Source: Tubiluchus corallicola (taxonomy: Eukaryota > Animalia > Priapulida). From it: a DNA stretch of 64,000 nucleotides. The notes under the pieces are model-generated. The model saw nothing but the letters and a program-made list of their open reading frames with translations, was not told the DNA's origin and searched no databases. Positions 13,497-23,859 of the stretch are shown piece after piece (position 1 is the first letter of the stretch; each line of letters begins with the position of its first letter). Where the stretch lies: assembly GCA_030141605.1 (NCBI GenBank), contig JAQGDQ010000014.1, positions 1,302,001-1,366,000 of the forward strand. Reading direction: 5' to 3'. The translations under genes were made by a program, and so were the position numbers.

Positions 13497-13502
13497 TTTA
13501 TT
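13497..13502 (-). terminator. Putative distal polyadenylation signal of the CELF gene
   Basis: AATAAA on the minus strand followed ~25-55 nt later by a U/GU-rich element (TGTTTTTTGTTTCTTTCTGTTAATTGTGTG). Confidence 0.6.
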
Positions 13503-14258
13503 AATTACCACCAATATATATGTACTATAATATCAATTAATTAGGATTACCTAATCATTTATCTATGTTATTCTGTACTCTAACTTAATAACTTGACTAC
13601 AAACAAAGCAACAAACTAAATCAAAAACACTCACCATATGATCTCCATATAGCATTTGCCTCGGTAATTGTAAAAGGTGCCACTATCTAAAATTCTAACA
13701 CTAAATGAACAAAATGAACATTGTTTACTGAAACCTTGATTTTGAAATGACCAATTTTTAATAGTTTAAACATAATATAACAGAACATATCTTAACAGAA
13801 TATTTTACATTGTTTGTAAATACAAATTTCAAAGCAAGCAGATAGTTTTAGCACAACATTTCAGTAATCATATACCAAGAGATCAGGTATAGGTGTAAAT
13901 ACTTGGCCAAATGACAATATTCTTCTAGCAGAAATGTACCCTCATTCAACAATTATTAGAGTAACAAAAAATAAAACAAAACCTAATCTAACAACAGATT
14001 GCATAAAATTAAGTTAATAAACACAACTATTGTATTCCGCGTGTGAAGGATTATTTACAACCTAGTTTTAATGATAAATTAAAAGCTCAACCATTAATAA
14101 TTGTGATTCATCTCAAGCAATTACTTTCTTAATTTCTAGTTGAAATTCTGAAGTGAACAATCAACAAAAAATCGCAAATAAACAAAACATTTTTGTGTGT
14201 CTTTATGAAAACTACGGCAATTCAAACTTGCACAGATTTTATCTTTGGTATGAATCAT

Positions 14259-14856
14259 TAGTGGCGTAGCAAGTGGTTGAGGCGCCCACCCTTTTCATGT
14301 TTTCATCATTTGTTTTCTGGGTGAAGCCACAAATTGTGCACGTTTTTGCGTCTTTGAGCCCCACTTTCCTTTTTCGGCATGATGATAAAGCTAAACGAAT
14401 TTTTCAAGAATCACCCTGCGTTTGCTTTGCGGTACTGCAGCAGAATAACTCTTTTCTATGCACTGGTCGAGTTGATTGTAATAGGAGTCGATAAACATTC
14501 AGTTTCAACATTATAACATGCAAATATTATGAAAGATACTACAGCTGTTCACAATAATACAATCGGCATTTAGAGAAACGCCACTGTTTCTCCCAAAATT
14601 ATCGATCTGCTACGCCACATGACACCATGCACACACCATTAAATAACAACATTAGCTTTTTCTCTAGACTATATCTACTAATTAAGTTAGCAACGATGAT
14701 TTCTGATTAGGTATCTCGGCAGTAATTTGAAAATTTTTGTTAATTGCTAATGTCGTATAATCAACGTTCAACTCTAGAATAATTTTGCGCCCTTTCACTC
14801 TTGTGCCCGGAGACGACTGCGCCCTGTCGCCCCCCCTCCCCCGTGCTACGCCTCTG
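14259..14856. mobile_element. hAT-type MITE inside the putative CELF 3' UTR
   Basis: TIRs TAGTGGCGTAGCA / TGCTACGCCTCTG; 8-bp TSD TGAATCAT / TGATTCAT (7/8); an extra internal TIR copy at 14608-14618. Confidence 0.7.
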
Positions 14857-17800
14857 TGATTCATTTGCAAATGTTGGCATCAAAATAACTGTAACTTAAT
14901 TTTAAAAGTAGGTAAATAAGTAAATCCTGAGATGAAGCTCATACAACTACAACTTTCATGTTATTTTGCTTCCAGACATTATGCCTAGTAACTCCTTATA
15001 AAAGATAAACAAAAACTGATGGTAGATAACTTTTCAAAATCTAATTTCACTGGTCAGAAATGGTTTCTCGGGGGAATAGCAATTTTCAAATAACAGTCTC
15101 AATTGTTCGTTCTCAAGCTACTTTAAGAATACCTTACTATTTTGCAATTTAGTAATCAATATATTTACTAAATAAAAAATATTGCATTCTTAGAGCTATA
15201 TGCAATAATTTGAAATAACTGAACTTATGCTTGTCAATACTTTCACAATTTCCAGCACATAATTATTTTGATCTACTTATATCCATGTTACAAAAACAAT
15301 TAATTCATAGTTAATCAACATAATTATGATTTTGATATGTTATGTGGCATGATACATGAACAACTACTGTAGTAAATCTCTACACTGAAGAAGTTAGCAA
15401 TTAATAACACAATTTTGGCAAACTGCCTTATCATTCTCATTTTTCCTCTATAAATATGCCATATAAATAATTAGAATATAACAATAATTATTCTTTGCAC
15501 TTGATAATGATACCAAATACGATTTACACCGTTACTGAATTTTTAAAATATACTCTAAAATATATTACTATTTTTTCTCTTAGTAAACGATTTGCACAAA
15601 TGCCAAGAAATAATCATTGATAATTTGGCACAAACTTATAAATATATATATATATATATGCATGTATTTATGTATGTATGTATATTATATATATATGTAG
15701 ATATACATAATGTGTATACACTTTTATAATTATACGTCTTTATAATTATACATCTCCATACAATCTTTTTCATCTAAACAATCATCATTAATTGTATGCA
15801 AAATACTTGTATGCCACACAAAAAGTAAGAACTAAGTGACCAGTCTAAATCATGAGATTATATGCTAGCACTAATCAGTTTACCAGCAGTGCATATGTGC
15901 ACTCATAAGAAATATTTGAAAAATGGTAGAAAATATCAACAGTAAAGCAATCACTTCTGTGAGAACTCACTGCCACTTTGGTAATTATCTTACAACAATC
16001 CTATCTATTTTGCTCCACTTGATCACAAAATTCAAAATATCTTGGTACACATGGTGGAATTTTGACAACATCGGCTTTACATTTTAGAGATTTAGTGTTG
16101 AACCTAACGAAATTGTTGGCATAATGGAAAAAATGATGATTGAACTGAACTAAGAACAACAACACATGGTCACTCGCACAACAACAGACTGACAGCCAAT
16201 TACTTCACAAATAAAATGTGGATGGACAGACAGACAAAAGCACAGTTAACCAGATGCTACAAAAACAAACATGCAACATGATTGCAAAAGCTTTACAACT
16301 TTCTTGCTACAACAAGAGATAATATAGTTTCCCTCATAAACATTTCAGTAGAATTCAGAAAGTACAAAAATGTCACACACTATAGAAAAAGGTAAGACTA
16401 TTTGATGAGCATGGCAGCAAAATTTCTTGTTAGGTAGTACATCACATAGTGATGTAAATTGGCAAATGTATGTGTATGTACCACTTCAATGAAAAAACAT
16501 TTGCTATGCATTTGTATGCAATGTCAGGAAAAACAAAGCCTAATAAAATGCGTTATATCTACACAAGTTCCATTTTCTATTGGCAAAGAAGATGTTAAAT
16601 GACAGAAGTGAGTGTGCAACATAGTAGAAGAACTTCCAGATGTAACTGAGATCATACAATTGTTATTACATTGATAGAAATAGACGGCGCACCGTGCAAC
16701 GGAACGTTCCTCTGCGACCAGATGCAGGCAGTAGACAACGATGCAGGGCACTGGTTAGACGAACGGCACAGCAATGCTAGCAACTATGACACCTAGAGAG
16801 AACGCAGGGAAACATAGCCGTTAGCACAGAAAACCGACACCCATGTCAAGTATAGACACTACTAGTATTCACAAACTGTACTCAAATCTGAGCTGCCAAT
16901 TTGTTTATGAGTGGACCACTGTTGCTGCATGCACCGTGTTTTAATTTTCGCACCAGACCAAAAATTCAGTTTGGTAGACAATTTCTTTTTATTTTTTCTT
17001 CTAGTTCATCAAAGCAAAACTTTGACTTTGGAAACAAGTGAACAAATCATCAGTTTTAAACATGGTTTCAGGACAGATTTTCAGCACTCCTGGGCAAGAA
17101 TAGTTTGCAAATTTTTAAAGTACTGGTAACATCACTATAGATTTAGTCCAGAAAATTGCAACAAAAATCAAATAATTAAAAATTAAGTAATTACTTGAAA
17201 CAGAAAAATAACAGGTAAAAAGTATTTTGTTTTGAATTTGGTGCTAATTAAAACATGCAGCAAGTAATGGCAGACAGAATTCAAAGAACAACATATTACA
17301 AAACAGAATATAAAGCTTAACCAGAAAAGAGACAAAGAATGTAACTCAAAAAGCACAGCACGATTACTGTGAACAACATTTGTCATTGGACTAAAAGCCA
17401 GTGAAGCTGACACGCTTCTAACAAAAGTGCATAAACAAGACTGTGTGAAACAGAATTAAGGGACAAAATGTAGTGCAAAAAATACAACATAAAATGAAGC
17501 TACACCTAGCTAGTTGGCTGGCTTAACCAAAGAAATGGCAGCCTTCCACTGCCAAAATGACCAACTGTTTGAATGACAGCAACACAGAAAACAACTGATG
17601 ATTCTAGTAAAATATTTGATAGCAGATTAAGATGTTTAACCAAAAGAGAACAAATTTGTGGTTCAGGATGCTTGATAAAAGTAAGATATCTTGATCAACT
17701 ATAGTGTGACAAGCTTTGATTACTATTCTTTTTGGCAAGGTCTGCCATAGTTAAACCAACAAATCATGCAAGCATGGTGTTGCTTTAACACAACAGTGTC

Positions 17801-18130
17801 AGTAACAAACAAAAACTAAATGTAATTAATAATCCAAATTTCAAAAGCCACATCAATGCCTACCTGTCTAAGTGGCCGTGCCCAGCTGACATGTGCTTTG
17901 TACTTACCCGTAATTTATTATTGCCTAAAAATTTTCATTCTAATAAATAACATTCATGTGCAGTAACACACACTAAGAACTGCATGATGACTTGCTCTTA
18001 GCTATGTACAAACTATGAAACTACAAACTGATTAAGAAAGTTTGTATAAAAACTGGTTTGACCACAGTGTTTAAGTGTTCTTAATTTGATCACGTGTTTT
18101 TCATGCATATGTTACATGAATAAGTGTCAA

Positions 18131-18285
18131 CATTGTGTGTGCAGGGCTAGTAAATGCAACAAACTGCAGTAATTATACCTGCATTGTGTGAGCAGGGCTA
18201 GCTAATGCAGCAAACTGCAGTAATTATAACTGCATTGTGTAAGCAGGGCTAGTTAATACAGCAAACTGCAGTAAGGATACCTGCA
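18131..18285. repeat. 51-bp tandem repeat, 3 copies
   Basis: Unit cattgtgtgwgcagggctagytaatgcagcaaactgcagtaattatacctg starting at 18131, 18182 and 18233. Confidence 0.9.
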
Positions 18286-18714
18286 ATTACTTCAGCAATC
18301 CTGTCATCAAGTTAATTTAAGTGTAACGCAGAAGTGATAAATAAATATAATTGACAAAGTCATGGCACTAACTATTCTGACTGAAAGCAACTACAAGAGG
18401 CTATTTTTCAATTGATTTTGGTAAAGTTGATAGAAAAATGTCAAATGACAATAAATCCAAAAAACAAAAATTTTTTAATGAAAAACAAATGCAATAAAAA
18501 TTTAAAATCATATATATATAAATAAAAAACGATAACTGATTTGTTGCACGAACTGGAATGCATGAATAGCCATCATTGAAATATAAGCAGTTTTACTGAA
18601 TATTAACTTCAAGCCGGTACAGGAGTCATAAACTTACCTGAACTGTAACTGTGAAGCCACTTTCAAAGCTAGCCTACTGCCTTTAATGAAAAGTTCATTG
18701 TTCACATACCTTTA

Positions 18715-18842
18715 TTAATATGGTTTTCCGGATTCCTTTGATCGCTTTAGCTGCACTTTGAGTCGTTTCATTCCAATCTGGAATCCATTCATGGCTTGGA
18801 TGGCTGCTTGGGCTGATACAGGATTATCGTAACTTATAAAAC
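18715..18842 (-). CDS. CELF1/2: CELF1/2 (Bruno/CUGBP) last coding exon, C-terminal half of RRM3
   Basis: ctacag acceptor; [42 protein letters not shown] followed by TAA TAA; near-identical to the CELF RRM3 C-terminus, with KRSK...KPY as in CELF1/2. Confidence 0.97.
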
Positions 18843-19634
18843 CTGTAGCATACAGAAAACCATTACAACCCAAAAATCTCTTACTGTCTGGGTCTAAACA
18901 AAAGCAAGGGACACTGATATAACATGGTTGTCATTAAATGTAAGTGGTGGTTATCATTTCTAGATGCATATTTAGGAAAAGAGACATGTGCTGTTATAAA
19001 TAAATAAAGAAGTGTATTACTAGACGTATTTTGTAGTAAACAGATGATATAATGGACTACGGAGCTATAATACTGGGTAAAGCCAACATTTTGTAGCCCT
19101 GCTGACATGCCATAGTGACTGGAACAATGAATGGTATAAAAAGTTACATTTGTTTAAATTCACATTAGCAAATTTGACAATTACAACAATTTATAATAGT
19201 CGAGAGTCAAGCTTAAGCCATTAACATAATCAAAAATTTCCATTATTTTCTTAGATTAGATTAGCATTAAAATACAGCAATTAGACTAAACCATATTGTT
19301 GTCTAGGCTGATGCACATGTGCACATTTATCAATGATGATGACACATACTTGCTTGTGGTAACATTATCAAATTTGCATTTGAACTGAAATGCGATGGCT
19401 ATTTTGTGTTGAAAGAAATTATAAGATTAAAATTATAATTACCCACATTAATATAACTAGTTTCATGTTTCTGTGTGCATAACCAGAAAACATTAGACAT
19501 ATTTCTTAGAATGCACCAAAAGAGGCAGGTAGCTGGCAGCTTCATTCTCCAGTTATTATTAGATATAATTAGTCAAGTGCCACTATGGATGAGTAAATTA
19601 AGTCCATTATGACTTACAATTCTAAAATACCTAC

Positions 19635-19778
19635 CGAAGCATTTGCTAAGGTTGGTCTGCTTGTCAATAAACACTTTTGCAGAAAGCACAGTACCAAATG
19701 GTAGGAAGGTCTGAGCTAAATCTTGGTCTGTGAATTCTTGTGGTAAATGATATATGAACAAATTGGCACCTTCTGGAC
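19635..19778 (-). CDS. CELF1/2: CELF1/2 exon, N-terminal half of RRM3
   Basis: 144 nt, phase 1-1; [56 protein letters not shown] and [10 protein letters not shown] favour CELF1/2 over CELF3-6. Confidence 0.97.
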
Positions 19779-20253
19779 CTACAATAAGATTACAAGTTCT
19801 GAAATTAATTTGTAGAACAAAAAATCTGAATCACCAATTACAAAAATTGGCAATTTTAGCACTAGATAATAATGTGGTTCAAGGATAAAAGCATTAATTC
19901 TACAACTGTTTCACAATTAAGATAAAGCATTTATTTACTTTCAGACTTAAAATATTCTGAGTCTGAAGGAAACCATTTTGCTTTCAATAATATTCTCCCT
20001 AAAAAATTGTTAAAAACATTTAGCTTAGATTTAGTACAGAACTAGTTTAGAACTACTTTAAACAGCTATTCCAGACGGAAATCAGTTTTGGATTGGACGG
20101 CAATCGTCCTTTTCGAGATTCTAATGCCACTGTTGCATTGTCATAGTGTTCATTCCATATGTACAATGTACCTTTCATTCCACAATACAATTTGCCACAC
20201 AGCTGTCTCATAAATATTTTTCCCATGTTACAAAATAAAAACTATTAGCACAG

Positions 20254-20907
20254 GTTATATGTGTGCTTGCATAGCAAAATCGTCCATAAGTCGGCAATTA
20301 GGTTTTTCTAGTTATTCATATATCTTGAATCTTCATTTCAAGAGGATCATTTTGATACCAAGTTTATCGCTCTACGTTATTTCTATGCTGAGATAATTCA
20401 CATTGAAGTTGAGGTGCAGGCTATGTACAGAAAAACCTAATCTTGAGAAAATCGCTGTTAAAGCCATCGTTTTTTTTGCCTCTCTACAAAGCACGTAGCA
20501 ACCGTGCAAACTTTGGTTGCTTCGGACTTCGCAAAAGCACTTTGAAGTTATGTTGAAATCCAGTAGATGGCTCTTCCTGATGAAAATCTGGGTTTGGCAA
20601 CAGAAAAAATTGGAAGCAAAATGCCAACTTCCCACAATCGGAGTTTGGAGTTTTCTTACAATTGCATTACTAGTTTCTAGACAGAAAAGTGGGTAAGGAG
20701 TTACAAAATTTAATTTTTTTAGAGTTTTTCAAACACTTTTTTGATAATTTGATGCTAGAATATAAAATCTAATACATTTAGCATTGGTTTTTATAAAATA
20801 TGACCTAATTTGACCTAATTTTTGGGTTATTCTACACTGAAGCATCATAACACAGTTTTAACTATGCCGATTTATGGACGGTTTTAGTATGCAAGCACAC
20901 ATATAAC
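20254..20907. mobile_element. MITE with ~45-bp TIRs
   Basis: Left gttatatgtgtgcttgcatagcaaaatcgtccataagtcggca vs reverse complement of right end gttatatgtgtgcttgcatactaaaaccgtccataaatcggca. Confidence 0.85.
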
Positions 20908-20931
20908 TCATATGTTACTTTTATTGAATAC

Positions 20932-21003
20932 CTTCTGTTTGCTTGCCTGCTGCAGTCTGTATTTGCTGTTGCACGGCCGGCTGTGTAAATGTTGGAAACC
21001 CAG
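20932..21003 (-). CDS. CELF1/2: CELF1/2 linker exon preceding RRM3
   Basis: cttgttag acceptor, GTATTC donor, 72 nt; (A)GFPTFTQPAVQQQIQTAAGKQTE(G), cf. the AAGxQxEG motif before RRM3. Confidence 0.9.
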
Positions 21004-21216
21004 CTAACAAGAAAAAATAAATTAAATACAAACCAAGGAAAATTCAAAGCAAAGTTAAAATACATGTAACTAGAAGACTATTATATCAATTTGGTCAAAG
21101 CTTTAAACACGTTCTTGTTATATCACGAAACTTTGTCACGTCATAATGATTCACTTGAAGGTCAACTCTACTTTGCCCACATTGTGAAGATGTTGGGGTA
21201 ACTTATCCATAATAAG

Positions 21217-21590
21217 TAGGGGTAGGCATTTTCTACAAGAATGCGAATTCGAATCAAATCAAATCGGTGACTTTTGAATTCGAGCAGAACCAAATTTCAG
21301 TATTTCAAATTCAAATTCGAATTGAGTTTGAAAGATTTTCGAACAAGTTTTCGAACCACTAGTAAAATATGGTCATACAGAGATCATGCATTGTACTTGA
21401 TTTTGTTCTGCAGTAAAACCACTATTAGTTTATTAAAAATTTTGCACAGAAACTGCAGGGAACGTTTTAATGATAAAGAACATATGTGGCAGAAGTGCTG
21501 AAATATTTGAATCTATAATTTTAGGTTTGAATCGAATTTGAACTAAAAAACTCGTCTGAATTGAATTCGAACATTCGATGCTCACCCCTA
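21217..21590. mobile_element. hAT-type MITE with TTCGAA subterminal repeats
   Basis: Termini TAGGGGT...ACCCCTA; 8-bp TSD ATAATAAG / ATAATAAT. Confidence 0.8.
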
Positions 21591-21887
21591 ATAATAATAA
21601 TAATAATAACTTGCATATGATGCACAAACATTCATGAGCAAGCTGGGTGGAGGTTGAAGGTATTTCCAAACTTGATGAGAATATTCACCTTGAAGTCCTT
21701 TCTACCTGACATAAAAATGGAGGGTTAAAGTGTAAAAATTGCATTAGCCTAATTAGTTTATAACTGTATGATGGAATGTCCTTTTTGTAGATGCCGCCAT
21801 TCTACCTAAACAGGAAAATATAAGATGTGATTTATGGTAAGCATTTGAAAGTTATCAGTATACATAAATTTCTGTATAAATACTTAC

Positions 21888-21953
21888 CCGCATATTGTTG
21901 CATTCCTGAGTAAGCCTGGGTTATTGCATCTACTCCAGAACCATTAGTCGAGA
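21888..21953 (-). CDS. CELF1/2: CELF1/2 linker exon
   Basis: ctgtttag acceptor, GTAAGT donor, 66 nt; STNGSGVDAITQAYSGMQQYA, cf. CELF1 LTQAYSGIQQYA. Confidence 0.93.
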
Positions 21954-22542
21954 CTAAACAGAAAACACTAGTGAGTACAAATAGTCACACACTTATCAAG
22001 CTAAGCGACAGGAAAATTCTCTTTAATATGTAGAGCACTCTTCTGCTGCTACAATCAGGTGAATGAAATGAGAATTTTTGTTGATACGGCACAAATCGAT
22101 ACTCAACAATCAGTGGCACAGTCCACTTATTAATGGTTGTGACAGAACTGGAAGCAACTAATTATCAAGAAAAATCCTCTAAGATAACATGCTAAATTGG
22201 CAGTGATATCTTAGCTGTGTTTGAATGTATGTATCTAAACATATGTAGCAGTATGGTTGATGAATTTATCTAGAAATGATTTTCTTGATCCCACCCACGA
22301 ATTTAGCAATTAGGCCCAGCATTGCTTGCTGTGTGCTATTAATTTTGATTGAATTAACTGAGATTGTTAATTTTATTATCACTAGCTGTGCGAAATGTGC
22401 ATTGGGAGGTGCAAATTGCTGATTTCGATAGTAAATGTCTTGCTTTGGCTTGCATTAGTGTATGTATTCTTTTATTTCACATCTTCTTGCCCCTGTGGAA
22501 TTAATGGTATGCACCCTTGAAAAGATGAAAGGCACAAAACTT

Positions 22543-22832
22543 GGCAGCTCTGTACACTACATAGTTTTTCCATGCCAACTTTGATGAGGGAAATATAAAT
22601 TATATTTTAGCTCATCATAAACTTAATCCAAGAATTTGATAGCAGTGATTTTGCAATCAAAAAGCTAAACCATTATTATATCAAATTCTGGCAGCTCAGT
22701 ACACTACATAGTGTTTCCATGCCAACTTTGATAAGGGAAATATAAATTATGTTTTACATCATCATAAACTTAATCCAGCAATTTGATAGCAGTGATTTTG
22801 CAATCAAAAAGCTAAACCATTATTATATCAAT
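22543..22832. repeat. 147-bp tandem duplication
   Basis: Two near-identical copies starting ggcagctc at 22543 and 22690. Confidence 0.9.
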
Positions 22833-23697
22833 TTCATAATAATGCAAAGGTGATGCTTAAACAATGTTTGAAATATCTATGACCAGTTTTTCTTTAGCTG
22901 ACGGGTTTTTTAACTTCTGAAAAACCATTGATCAATCAAGACAAGGGGCTATCGACAGAAAGCAAAAAAATGAATAAGCTTACAAGACCGACCCTATACC
23001 TAATTTATTTTAATCTGATGAAGTTCTTGGGTCTTTTTAAAGCAAATAATTCCACTAATAAGAAATGTGGTGGGGAAAATTGGATTTGCAAATAGATGTG
23101 ATGGATATACAAATGTTCAGGATAAATGAATCAGCAGCAGTACTAAGCGCAAACAGATAGCATTTAGCAACCAATGAAGAGAGATTGTGACAGTACCTTC
23201 CAAAAAATAGTTTGTCAGAAACCAGTGTTTATAATGTATATGAAAGAGGTTTACAACTGTCTTTGTATATAGTGATTATCGATGCAAAACCAGAAACTAT
23301 AACGGTAATATGAGTGCCAAGTTGATCCATTTAGCTACGTATCCATATTGCATGCAAAGATTTCATAACTCATCTACTTACTTGAAGAGTATTCAATTAA
23401 AAGCATGTGATATCAGATACATATTTAACTTTAAGTACATGGTGTACATTACATGTACATGTATTGTGAGGGAGATCCAATCATTTAAATTACATCAGCA
23501 AATTTTTAAACAGATGTTACTGAACAATGTGTCACTTAGTGGAGTTTTTTGAGAAGAAAAGAGTTTCAGCATTTATATTAGTAGATTTATCAAAAATATT
23601 TTAATTAACACTGATTCAATGATGTGTCTCTTGCCTGACAGAAAACAAATTTACATTAAAAGTGTAAAATATTCACAATGGAAAGCATTAGGTTTAC

Positions 23698-23859
23698 CAT
23701 ATTCACCAACACCATTCACGGTTGCTGGCATTCCCGTTAAACTGGCCAAACTATTTGCGCTGACCAAACTTAATCCTGGTGCGGCAGCTACCGATGGACT
23801 ATACAGACTGTTCGCAGTGGAGAGAGTACTACTGCTTGTTGTGGTGACTGCTAAACTTC
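23698..23859 (-). CDS. CELF1/2: CELF1/2 linker exon (alternative donors after 23707 or 23698)
   Basis: cttatag acceptor; open S/T/A-rich frame SLAVTTTSSSTLSTANSLYSPSVAAAPGLSLVSANSLASLTGMPATVNGV(GEY); phase 1-1. Confidence 0.85.

Larger units (their letters stand above)
13478..16792 (-). other. CELF1/2: Non-coding terminal (3' UTR) exon of the CELF gene, ~3.3 kb
   Basis: Strong 3' splice site: branch point TGCTAAC (16826-16820), tract TTTCCCTGCGTTCTCTCTAG, AG at 16794-16793. UG-rich on the mRNA strand. The 3' end is inferred from the poly(A) signal. Confidence 0.65.
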
